Shown here piece after piece: positions 51,187-63,140 of a DNA stretch of 64,000 nucleotides. The position numbers were made by a program, and so were the translations under genes. A model generated the notes under the pieces. The model saw only the letters and a program-made list of their open reading frames with translations. It had not been told where the DNA came from and ran no database searches. The DNA comes from Scyliorhinus canicula (taxonomy: Eukaryota): positions 125,925,256-125,989,255 of the forward strand of contig NC_052149.1 in the NCBI RefSeq assembly GCF_902713615.1, in the 5' to 3' direction. Positions within the stretch are counted from its first letter, which is position 1. The number at the start of each line of letters is the position of its first letter.

Positions 51187-51515
51187 GCCGTGAGAATTCA
51201 CAACCCACACTGACCCTGCTGCCCCCCTCCCTGGAGGAGGTCAAGACCAAGAACACTGCCACCCTGGTGTGCCTTGCCAATCACTTCTATCCCGATGAGC
51301 TGGTGGTGGAGTGGAAGAAGGATGGTGCAGCCATTTCGGACGGGGTTCAGACCAGCAACTACCTGCGAGCTTCGGACAACACCTACAGCGTCAGCAGCCT
51401 GCTGACCCTCTCTGGCTCTGCCTGGGAGTCCAACGCCCGCTTCTCCTGTGCCCTCACCCACGTGAGCCTCTCCTCTGCCCTCAGCAAGAGCATCAGGAGA
51501 TCAGAATGTGTGTAG
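51187..51515 (+). CDS. IGKC: Ig kappa-type constant exon, cluster 2
   Basis: 329 nt after tttcAG; 6 nt differences from C1; ends RSECV*. Confidence 0.95.
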
Positions 51516-52013
51516 AGTGTTAGAGACAGTCCACAGAGGAGACACAACTTTAAATAGAACAGGGGTGAGCTGGGAGGGCAAAGGTCATTGTCAGCACTGA
51601 ATTACAACCTTCTCGGGACTGAGTCTGAGACACTTCTGAGGGTCAGGGGTTAAGACATGTTTTTGGGACAGTGCAGAGGGATATTTACTCTGCATGTAAT
51701 CCCATGCAGCATTTGTCCTGGGAATGTTTGATGGGACAGTGCAGACTCGTGATGCCAAGTAAAACCTCTCTAAGATGCTGAAGACTGTCAGCTGTACCAA
51801 AATAACGTGACCCCTGAAATCTCTGCTTCAGGAAACCAGACCTCCTTCCTGCTCACCCTGCAGTTACAATTTAAGGTTTAGTCACCATTTAAATGGACAG
51901 CATTCTCATGTCATTGAGAAAATCTCCATATTTTCCCTGTGAATTTCTCCAGCTTCCTCTGGCTGGGCTGTTTATTCAAGTCTTTTTTCTGACAATGTAA
52001 ATCTGTAAAAGGT

Positions 52014-52019
52014 AATAAA
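52014..52019 (+). terminator. Polyadenylation signal AATAAA, cluster 2
   Basis: Homologous in position to 1009-1014. Confidence 0.75.
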
Positions 52020-52205
52020 CATTAAGAATATTCAGTCTGTGTCTCGTGTGTGCTTTGGAAATGTCCCTCCTCCCCATCAGCTGATTGGCTGCATTTCAGC
52101 AAGTGATTGTCATGATTGGCTGGTTGGCCTGTCAATCAATGACACATTAGCAGAAGATTGGATTCAAAGACAATTATCAATCATTTTTAAATGATCTGTT
52201 TTATT

Positions 52206-52473
52206 TGTTTTGTGAGGGTCACAAAGAATCCAGCACGAGTTGAAGGATAGAAAGAAATAACATTTATTTACAATAACATATATACACAACAGCAGCAGCA
52301 ACTCCCTTGCTGCTCACTCCTCTCTAGCTGGTTCCAAACTGGCCAGCTTTATTTATGCAGCGAATCTGCTTATGATTTCTGCCCCAACCCCCTCATTGGG
52401 GAATCTCATACTCCCAAAGGATTGTGGGATTGCCATTAGTCCCCAGCCAGTGGGAAGCAGGCATGTTATAACA
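52206..52473 (-). mobile_element. Solo-LTR-like insertion absent from the cluster 1 mirror
   Basis: TGTT...AACA ends; the left arm is uninterrupted here (~820-830); TSD imperfect. Confidence 0.55.
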
Positions 52474-55400
52474 ATCTGGAATCTCTGAGTTTACAAGATT
52501 CAAATCAGAAAAGAGACTGAAAGTTGCTGGGATCAAATCATCACAATCACAATTCTCCAACCCATATTCCCCACCTCCCCCTTCTCCCATATTCTTCCTG
52601 TGTTTGTGTGGGTTTTCTTTGGGTGCTCCAGTTCCCCCACAGTCCAAAGATGTGCAGGTTAGGTGGATTGGCCATGCTAAATTGCCCTCAGTGTCCAAAA
52701 AGGTTAGGCGGGGTTACTGGGTTACGAAGATAGGGTAGAGGCATGGGCTTGGGTGGGGTGCTCTTTCCAAGGGCCAGTGCGGACTCGATGGGCTGAATGG
52801 CCTCCTTCTGCATTGTAAATTCTACGAATTCTATGAAGTTTATGAATTGTATATGACCTTACCACCTCACGTGGTCTCACTACTCCCAGTGTTTCAATCA
52901 CAGATAAGACCATCGCTGATCACTTCCTTATATCACTCCCCACCCACATACCCCTTCCACACCCCAACCCTACCCCCTTTCTGTATCCATCCCTGGAAAA
53001 ACCTATTCCCCAATTCACTTCCAACGACACTTTCAAAATCCCAACTATCTGTCTCTGGCCCTCCGATCACCACAACATTTCTGCAGAGACTGATTTACTC
53101 AGGGAGCAATGTAACTGGGAATGAACAGGCTCCTGTTTTGGGTGTGTTTAGTGGGGTGTTTCCCGGAGCCTGCAGTGCTGAAAATGATCCCGTTATTAAC
53201 CGGGATTCTGGGATATTTGGGCCTTGGTGAGGAAGGAGCCTCCGAGGCCGCACTGACATCCACTTCCTGCGAACTGAGCCCGTCAGTGCAGGGAGAGAAC
53301 AGGGGGTGATCTTTAAATGCTGCCCCCATCCCTCAACTCCCAACACGGCCTCCGGATTCCCCAAATTACCGATTAGGGGGTTCTCGACCCACCCCCATCC
53401 ACCCGGCAAAGGCAGGGAATGCTCGGGGCCTGATCCCAGGCTCGGACAGCCTGCTGCCCGGGCAGCATGGCAGTGCCAGCCTGACACCCTGGCAGTGCTC
53501 ATGCCATACTGGTCGTGACCCATGGACATCTTGACAGGGCCAGTGTGGCATTGCCAGGGTGACCAGATGGCATTGCCAGAGTCACCTGGTGGCACTGCCA
53601 GCATGCCAGGCTAGCACTGCTAAGCTGTCTCCAACACCCTCCACCATCCCAGAGATACTCACCTTGGCGGGGCACCTTAGTGAAGAAGCCCCTGGGACAC
53701 TTTCTGGTGCCACCACACACATGCTCCAGTACAGCAGGTGGAGGTAGGAACTCCCGAGGGAGCGGAGGGTCGGAGGCTGGGCCGGCCCCAGGGACTAGCT
53801 GCCATCCAGAAGGGTGTTGGGGTTCTGGAATGGACAGTCCCATCGATTGTGGTGATGCAGTCGCAGATTCAGCGACTACATGAGGGGTTGTTGGTGAGTA
53901 TCCAGCACCTGCAGGAGAAGGTGGAGGAATCCAACCGTGTGCAGGAGCAGGAGGTGGTGCTGCCATGGTGACACCCAGGTCCGCAGTGGAGGCCTTGGGG
54001 CGAGGGTTTCAGCCCTGGATCAGCATGTCCAAGGCTTGGGGCACACTCTGCGGCCGCTGGCCTAGGCCCAGTACAAGGCTGTCCCCTCACAGGCAGCAAT
54101 GTGCCAGACACTGCTGGACAGTGCAGTCACAGCGGGCAGAACAGGGCAGCACCACACTACCTGGGACAGTCGAACAGCAGCCGGGTCCATCCAGACCCAT
54201 TTGCCCCAGAAGATGGCCAGCAAAGGGGACCCAGGTCACAGAGTAGGAATCACAGCGGGCTGCCTCCACTCCTGATCCACCTGGAGGTAGCATTAGGACC
54301 TGTAAGGACAGAAAATTAGAAAGCAGTTTTCACAGAATCACAGTATTTACAGTGCAGAAGGCCATTCAGCCCACCGAGTCTGCACCGGCCCTTGGAAAGA
54401 TCACCCTACCTAAGCCCACACCTCCACCCTATCCCTGTAACCCCACTTGACCTTACCTGTTTTGGATACTAAGGGCAATTTAATAAATATCGCCAATTCA
54501 CCTACCCCTGCACATCTTTGAACTGTGGGAGGAAACCGGAGCACCCGGAGGAAACCCACACAGAAAAGCGGAGAATGTGCAGACTCCGCACAGACAGTGA
54601 CCCAGCCGGGAATCAAACGTGGGACCCTGGCGCTGTGAAGCCATTGTGCTAACCACTATGCTACCGTGTTCCCTTATGTTGGCATGGGTTCAGGGCACAG
54701 TTTAGTGATGGGGGCTAGGGCCCAATCTGTATATTTGTTGTCACATTAAACACCTGTTCACACTGTTACAACCTGCCTTGGTGCTCTGTCGGATGGGTGT
54801 GAGGGGTGGGCTGGTCTGGGCTGGCCAGATAGGGTGCGTGGGGCAGGGGAAATGGACGGTTGTTGGGGGTTGGCTTGGCTGAAAGGCCACAGTTCAGAAA
54901 GCGCTCACCGCTCCGGTGTCCCATTCCCCCGCCACCCACAACTACCACCGTCCCAACCTCCGCCACATCAATGATTTGATGGGACTGTGTGATGGATTGT
55001 CCAGCTCGCAGGCAGGGATCACCCAGGTGGAAAGTGCTATTGTGGCAGGAGTCAGACATTGTCAAACGATGCGGAGCACCAGAGCTCATTGCTGAGCGGG
55101 CTGTCATCATCCTCCGTCCCATTGACCAGACCCGCTGTTACTGCCAACCAGGGTCTGCATCCCGTAGTGTGGCAGGAATGTATCATAGAGGATGTTGTGG
55201 GCGGGCGAGTGGCCAGGAGGCGGGGCGGGGTGTGTGGGGGGCATTGTGGTGTCTGTGCCCTTGGTCAGACACCGTTAGTCGGTGAATCTGGAGGTGATCA
55301 GAGCGTCCCGTGTACATTGGCCCTTGTGCACACATTGTAGGGCCTCCAGTGCCTGCCCAGGCCCTATGCCCTGCCTGTCTCGCCCTCCCCTACATCCTCC

Positions 55401-55681
55401 TCATCAGAGGAGACCGGATGTTCATCCTCTTCTGCCAGCACATTGCCCCTCTGCTGCGTGATGTTGTGGAGGGTACAGCAGGCCACCATAATGCGGGCGA
55501 CCCTCTGGGGACCAAACTGAAGGGCCCCTCCGGAGTGGTCCAGGCACCTGAACCACATCTTCAGGAGGCCGAAGCACCGCTCGGTCACACTCCTGGTCGC
55601 TACATGGGCGTTGTTGTAGAGGGTCTCCACGTGATCAGCCACAGCCGCAGTAGATAACCCCTATCACCCAGAAGCAAACCC

Positions 55682-56103
55682 TGTCATAATATGCACCCAT
55701 GCATATCATGATGCAAAAGCAGGCAGTGACAGACACCAAGGTGAGCCAATCAACATACAGAACAAAACACAACCAATCACCAGACAGAACACCAGAGGGT
55801 GGCGTCCAACTATAAAACACACGAGGCATCAGCACTCTGCCTCTTTCCACTGGTGACAACTGTAGTGACAGTCAGGGTGTCCAAATCATTCAACACCTTC
55901 TACATGTGGATCAGAGGTAGCCTGGTCTATATAGTTAGTGTTAGTTTACTTCGAGTAGTAGAGAGTCAACCCACAGGCAGCTGTGCGCTTCGTTACTGAA
56001 GTTCAATAAATCTTATTGAACCAACAACTATGTTTGGTGTATGCTTTATCGTTTATCTGCATCATGTTGCAGTCTGTGTTATACCAGGGTGAATAACACA
56101 ACA
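55682..56103 (+). mobile_element. Solo LTR in the transposase
   Basis: TGT...ACA ends, 5-bp TSD AACCC, CCAAT/TATAAA/AATAAA inside. Confidence 0.85.
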
Positions 56104-56162
56104 AACCCCTCAGCTGGGGGGGGGCATCTTGAACATGTCAGGAATCATCGAGTGTGCCAGGA

Positions 56163-59100
56163 TGAAAGAGTTGTGCACACTGCCCGGGTATTGGGCACAG
56201 TTGTTTATGATTCAGGCTTTGTGCACACTGCCCGGGTATTGGGCACAGTTGTGTATGATGAAGACGTTGTGCACACTGCCCGGGCATTGGGCACAGTTGT
56301 TTATGATGAAGGTGTTGTGCACACTGCCCGGGTATTGGGCACAGTTGTTTATGATGAAGGAGTTGTGCACACTGCCCGGATATTGGGAACATTTGTGTAT
56401 GATGAAGGCGTTGTGCACACTGCCCGGGTATTGGGCACAGTTGTTTATGATGAAGACGTTGTGCACACTGCCCGGGTATTGGGCACAGTTGTGTATGATG
56501 AAGGAGCTGTGCACACTGCCCGTGTATTGGGCACAGTTGTGTATGATGAAGGTGTTGTGCACACTGCCCGGGTATTGGGCACAGTTGTTTATAGTGAAGG
56601 TATTGTGCACACTGCCCGGGTATTGGGCACAGATGGTTATGATGAAGACGTTGTGCACACTGCCCGGGTATTGGGCACAGTTGTTTATGATGAAGACATT
56701 GTGCACACTGCCCGGGTATTGGGCACAGTTGTGTATGATGAAGGAGCTGTGCACACTGCCCGTGTATTGGGCACAGTTGTGTATGATGAAGGTGTTGTGC
56801 ACACTGCCCGGGTATTGGGCACTGCTGTTTATGATGAAGACGTTGTGCACACTGCCCGGGTATTGGGCACAGTTGTTTATGATGAAGACGTTGTGCACAC
56901 TGCCAGGGTATTGGGCACAGTTGTGTATGATGAAGTCGTTGTGCACACTGCCCGGGTATTGGGCACAGTGGTGTATGATGAAGACGTTGTGCATACTGCC
57001 CGGGTATTGGGCACAGTTGTGTATGATGAAGACGTTGTGCACACTGCCCGGGTATTGGGCACAGTTGTGTATGATGAAGACATTGTGCACACTGCCCGGG
57101 TATTGGGCACAGTTGTGTATGATGAAGACATTGTGCACACTGCCCGGGTATTGGGCAAAGTTGTGTATGATGAAGGCTTTGTGCACACTGCCCGGGTATT
57201 AGGCACAGTTGTGTATGATGAAGGCGTTGTGCACACTGCCCGGGTATTGGGCACAGTTGTGTATGATGAAGACGTTGTGCACACTGACCGGGTATTGGGC
57301 ACAGTTGTGTATGATGAAGACGTGCACACTGCCCGGGTATTGGGCACAGTTGTGTTTGATGAAGACGTTGTGCACACTGCCCGGGTATTGGGCACAGTTG
57401 TGAATGATGAAGGCGTTCTGCACACAGCCCGGGTATTGGGCACAGTTGTGTGTGATGAAGACATTGTGCACACTGCCCGGGTATTGGGCACAGTTGTGTA
57501 TGATGAAGGAGTTGTGCACACTGTCCGGGTATTGGGCACAGTTGTTTATGATGAAGGCGTTGTGCACACTGCCCGGGTATTGGGCACAGTTGTGTCTGAT
57601 GAAGACGTTGTGCACACTGCCCGGGTATTGGGCACAGTTGTTTATGATGAAGACGTTGTGCACACTGCCCGGCTATTGGGCACAGTTGTGTATGATGAAG
57701 GTGTTGTGCACACTGCCCGGGTATTGGGCACAGTTGTGTATGATGAAGGCGTTGTGCACACTGCCCGGGTATTGGGCACAGTTGTTTATGATGAAGGCGT
57801 TGTGCACACTGCCCGGGTATTGGGCACAGTTGTTTATGATGAAGACGTTGTGCACACTGCCCGGGTATTGGGCACAGTTGTGTATGATGAAGGAGCTGTG
57901 GACACTGCCCGTGTATTGGGCACAGTTGTTTATGGTGAAGGTATTGTGCACACTGCCCGGGTATTGGGCACAGTTGTTTATGATGAAGACGTTGTGCACA
58001 CTGCCCGGGTATTGGGCACAGTTGTTTATGATGAAGACGTTGTGCACACTGCCCGGGTATTGGGCACAGTTGTGTATGATGAAGGGGTTGTGCACACTGC
58101 CCGGGTATTGGGCACAGTTGTGTATGATGAAGACGTTGTGCACACTGCCCGGGTATTGGGCACAGTTGTTTATGATGAAGGCTTTGTGCACACTGCCCGG
58201 GTATTGGGCACAGTTGTTTATGATTAAGGCTTTGTGCACTCTGCCCGGGTATTGGGCACAGTTGTGTATGATGAAGACGTTGTGCACACTTCCCGGGTAT
58301 TGGGAACAGTTGTGTATGATGAAGACGTTGTGCACACTGCCCGGGTATTGGGCACAGTTGTGTATGATGAACGAGTTGTGCACACTGCCCGGGTATTGGG
58401 AACAGTTGTGTATGATGAAGGCGTTGTGCACACTGCCCGGGTATTGGGCACAGTTGTGTATGATGAAGGAGCTGTGCACACTGCCCGTGTATTGGGCACA
58501 GTTGTGTCTGCTGAAGGTATTGTGCACACTGCCCGGGTATTGGGCACAGTTGTTTATGGTGAAGGTATTGTGCACACTGCCCGGGTATTGGGCACAGTTG
58601 TTTATGATGAAGACGTTGTGCACACTGCCCGGGTATTGGGCACAGTTGTTTATGGTGAAGGTATTGTGCACACTGCCCGGGTATTGGGCACAGTTGTTTA
58701 TGATGAAGACGTTGTGCACACTGCCCGGGTATTGGGCACAGTTGTGTATGGGGAAGGCTTTGTGCACACTGCCCGGGTATTGGGCACAGTTGTTTATGAT
58801 GAAGACGTTGGGCACACTGCCCGGGTATTGGGCACAGTTGTTTATGATGAAGACGTTGTGCACACTGCCCGGGTATTGGGCACAGTTGTGTATGATGAAG
58901 ACATTGTGCACAATGCCCGGGTATTGGGCACAGTTGTGTATGATGAAGGCATTGTGCACACTGCCCGGGTATTGGGCACAGTTGTTTATGATGAAGACGT
59001 TGGGCACACTGCCCGGGTATTGGGCACAGTTGTTTATGATGAAGATGTTGTGCACACTGCCCGGGTATTGGGCACAGTTGTGTATGATGAAGACGTTGTG

Positions 59101-61296
59101 CACACTGCCCGGGTATTGGGCACAGTTGTGTATGATGAAGACGTTGTGCACACTGCCCGGGTATTGGGCACAGTTGTTTATGATGAAGACGTTGTGCACA
59201 CTGCCCGGGTATTGGGCACAGTTGTGTATGATGAAGACGTTGTGCACACTGCCCGGGTATTGGGCACAGTTGTGTATGATGAAGACGTTGTGCACACTGC
59301 CAGGGTATTGGGCACAGTTGTGTATGATGAAGACGTTGTGCACACTGCCCGGGTATTGGGAACAGTTGTGTATGATGAAGACGTTGTGCACACTGCCCGG
59401 GTATTGGGCACAGTTGTTTATGATGAAGGCTTTGTGCACACTGCCCGGGTATTGGGCACAGTTGTTTATGATGAAGGCGTTGTGCACACTGCCCGGGTAT
59501 TGGGCACAGTTGTGTATGATTAAGGCTTTGTGCACACTGCCCGGGTATTGGGCACAGTTGTTTATGATGTAGGTGTTGTGCACACTGCCCGGGTATTGGG
59601 CACAGTTGTGTATGATGAAGGTGTTGTGCACACTGCCCGGGTATTGGGCACAGTTGTTTATGATGAAGGTGTTGTGCACACTGCCCGGGTATTGGGCACA
59701 GTTGTGTATGATGAAGACGTTGTGCACACTGCCCGGGTATTGGGCACAGTTGTGTATGATGAAGGTGTTGTGCACACTGCCCGGGTATTGGGCACAGTTG
59801 TGTATGATGAAGACGTTGTGCACACTGCCCGGGTATTGGGCACAGTTGTTTATGATGAAGGAGTTGTGCACACTGCCCGGGTATTGGGCACAGTTGTTTA
59901 TGATGAAGACGTTGTGCACACTGCCCGGGTATTGGGCACAGTTGTGTATGATGAAGGCGTTGTGCACACTGCCCGGGTATTGGGCACAGTTGTGTATGAT
60001 GAAGACGTCGTGCACACTGCCCGTTTATTGGGCACAGTTGTCTATGATGAAGACGTTGTGCACACTGCCCGGGTATTGGGCACAGTTGTGTATGATGAAG
60101 ACGTTGTGCACACTTCCCGGGTATTGGGCACAGTTGTGTATGATGAAGACGTTGTGCACACTGCCCGGGTATTGGGAACAGTTGTGTATGATGAAGACGT
60201 TGTGCACACTGCCCGGGTATTGGGCACAGTTGTTTATGATGAAGGCTTTGTGCACACTGCCCGGGTATTGGGCACAGTTGTTTATGATGAAGGCGTTGTG
60301 CACACTGCCCGGGTATTGGGCACAGTTGTGTATGATTAAGGCTTTGTGCACACTGCCCGGGTATTGGGCACAGTTGTTTATGATGTAGGTGTTGTGCACA
60401 CTGCCCGGGTATTGGGCACAGTTGTGTATGATGAAGGTGTTGTGCACACTGCCCGGGTATTGGGCACAGTTGTTTATGATGAAGGTGTTGTGCACACTGC
60501 CCGGGTATTGGGCACAGTTGTGTATGATGACGACGTTGTGCACACTGCCCGGGTTTTGGGCACAGTTGTGTATGATGAAGGTGTTGTGCACACTGCCCGG
60601 GTATTGGGCACAGTTGTGTATGATGAAGACGTTGTGCACACTGCCCGGGTATTGGGCACAGTTGTTTATGATGAAGGAGTTGTGCACACTGCCCGGGTAT
60701 TGGGCACAGTTGTTTATGATGAAGACGTTGTGCACACTGCCCGGGTATTGGGCACAGTTGTGTATGATGAAGGCGTTGTGCACACTGCCCGGGTATTGGG
60801 CACAGTTGTGTATGATGAAGACGTCGTGCACACTGCCCGTTTATTGGGCACAGTTGTCTATGATGAAGACGTTGTGCACACTGCCCGGGTATTGGGCACA
60901 GTTGTGTATGATGAAGACGTTGTGCACACTTCCCGGGTATTGGGCACAGTTGTGTATGATGAAGACGTTGTGCACACTGCCCGGGTATTGGGCACAGTTG
61001 TGTATGATGAAGGCGTTGTGCACACTGCCTGTGTTTTGGGCCCAGTTGTGTATGATGAAGGCTTTGTGCACACTGCCCGGGTATTGGGCACAGTTGTGTA
61101 TGATGAAGGCGTTGTGCACACTGCCCGGGTATTGGGCACAGTTGTTTATGATGAAGGCTTTGTGCACACTGCCCGGGATTGGGCACAGTTGTGTCTGATG
61201 AAGGCGTTGTGCACACTGCCCGGGTATTGGGCACCGTTGTGTATGATGAAGGCTTTGTGCACACTGCCCGGGTATTGGGCACAGTTGTGTGTGATG
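56163..61296. repeat. 48-bp minisatellite/satellite, ~107 copies
   Basis: Unit GATGAAGACGTTGTGCACACTGCCCGGGTATTGGGCACAGTTGTGTAT; gives 16-aa periodic ORFs. Confidence 0.97.
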
Positions 61297-62111
61297 CTCA
61301 GCTGATGGTTACACGCCAGCTGCATGGTCATCGAGTGGAACCCCTTACGATTTGTGTAGAGCGGCCTGTCATCTGCAAATGTTCGCAGGAGGACATGCAC
61401 CCCGTTGATCTCTCCTTGACCCGGGGTATCCCGGCGATGTATCGTGGTGGGCACGGGCCACATTGAAATGGATATATTGTGGCTTCTGGGAAGATAGGGC
61501 CTCCGTGACAACGCGGATGTACCTTTGCACCGAGCTCTGTGAGATCCCAGACTGGATCCCACTCATCGCCTGGAAGGACCCCATGGCGTAAAGGTTCAGG
61601 GCGACCGTCACGTTGACGACCACTGGGAGCGGGTGTCCTCTCCTATTGATGGTGCCGGGAGCATCATGATCTGGCAGATATTCCGCACTGTCCCCTGATC
61701 AGTCGGAGACTTCGACAGCATACCCGGTCCGGCATGTCCTCGAATGTCAGGCGCTGCCGGTACACATGAGGCCTCATGTGGCACCTCCTTTGCACCTCCT
61801 CCTCTTCCTCCTCCTCGGCCTGTTGTGTGGCCAGCACTCCATCCTTGGGTTTGGATTTGTTTTATTGTCACGTGTACCGAGGTACAGTGAAACGTATTGT
61901 TCTGCGCACAGTCCAGACAGATCATTCCATACATGAAAAATAACATAGGCCATACATAAATACACAATGTAAATACATAGCCACAAGCATCGAGTGAAGC
62001 ATACAGGAGTGTAGTACTACTCAGTCGAGAAGATGTGTGATGAGATCAGATCAGTCCATAAGAGGGTCATTCAGGAGTCGGGTAACAGCGGGGAAGAAGC
62101 TGTTTTTGAAC

Positions 62112-62328
62112 CCAGTAAGAAGTCTTACAACACCAGGTTAAAGTCCAACAGGTTTGTTTCAAATCACTAGCTTTCGGAGCACTGCTCCTTCATCAGGTGA
62201 TTCACTTGAGGAAGGAGCAGTGCTCAGAAAGCTAGTGATTCAAAACAAACCTGTTGGACTTTAACCTGGTGTTGTAAGACTTCTTACTGTGCTCACCCCA
62301 GTCCAACGCCGGCATTTCCACATCATGG
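62112..62328. mobile_element. Penelope-like palindromic insertion
   Basis: Near-perfect inverted repeat 62113-62289; flanked by an 11-bp duplication GTTTTTGAACC. Confidence 0.7.
62164..62200 (-). ncRNA. Minimal type I hammerhead ribozyme motif
   Basis: Minus strand TCAC-CTGATGA-A-GGAGC.AGT.GCTCC-GAA-AGCT-A-GTGA: stem I TCAC/GTGA, core CUGAUGA and GAAA, stem II, palindromic AGCT stem III. Confidence 0.75.
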
Positions 62329-62840
62329 TTTTTGAACCTGTTAGTGCGTGTTCTCAGACTTTTGTATCTCCTGGTCGATGGAAGAAGTGGGAAGAGTGAG
62401 TAAGCTGGGTGGGAGGGGTCTTTGATTATGCTGCCCGCTTTCCCAATGCAGTGGGAGGCGTAGACAGAGTCAGTGGATGGGAGGTGGGTTTGTGTAATGG
62501 ACTGGGCTGTGTTCACGACTCTGTAGATTCTTACGGTGTTGGGCCGAGCAGTTGCCACACCAGGCTGTGATGCTGCCAGATAGGATGCTTACTATGGTGC
62601 CTCTGTAAAAATTGGGAAGAGTTAATGTGGATATGCCAAATTTCCTTTGTTTCCTGAGAACGTATAGGCACTGTTGTGCTTTCTTGGTCACAGCCTCGAC
62701 ATTGGTGGACAAGGACAGCTTATTGGTGATGTGCACACCTAGGAATTTGAAACTGTTAACCATCTCGGCACCATCTCCACCTCTACACCATTGATGCAGA
62801 CAGGGGTGTGTATGATACTGCACTTCCTGAAGTCAATGAC

Positions 62841-63140
62841 TGATGGAACCATCAATTCACCAGACACGTGTTTCCGATATGAATCTAGGCTTTAATCAAC
62901 TTACTTCAGAGCCAGCCTGTTACCCGTTGATGAACTCTTAGTGAACCCAGGCTGACTCTGGACAAGGGTATTTATACAGCTGCACTAGGAGGAGGAGTCA
63001 TGGGCGGAGCCAAGGGTTGAGCCCAGTACAAGTTCCTGAGTACTCCCAGCGCTACTCCTCCTAGTGGTAGGATAGCGCTACTGCGCTTACAAAGACAGTG
63101 TGAATTAACATATATACATCTATATATTACATTCACCACA
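62841..63140 (-). mobile_element. Solo LTR (Gypsy-type)
   Basis: TGATG...CACCACA, 5-bp TSD ATGAC; related to 10057-10360. Confidence 0.85.

Larger units (their letters stand above)
55310..61800 (-). pseudogene. PIF/Harbinger transposase pseudogene, interrupted by a 48-bp satellite and a solo LTR
   Basis: Collinear motifs: VTVALNLYAMGSFQ...GISQS; EINGVHV; NRKGFHSMTMQL; [satellite]; PGSVHNSFIL; LLGDRGY (after the LTR); YNNAHVATRSVTERCFGLLKMWFRCLD...ACCTLHN. The whole element may span ~53200-63581 (TIR-like ends; uncertain). Confidence 0.85.

Noticed and set aside
56163-61296. CRISPR-like array
   Set aside because: Contiguous tandem units without unique spacers; eukaryotic context; no cas genes. 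The same applies to the 23-, 36- and 78-bp arrays.
56041-61305. Very long ORFs (728, 1714, 780, 722 aa) as protein-coding genes
   Set aside because: They overlap in several frames on both strands and simply reflect a stop-poor 48-bp repeat.
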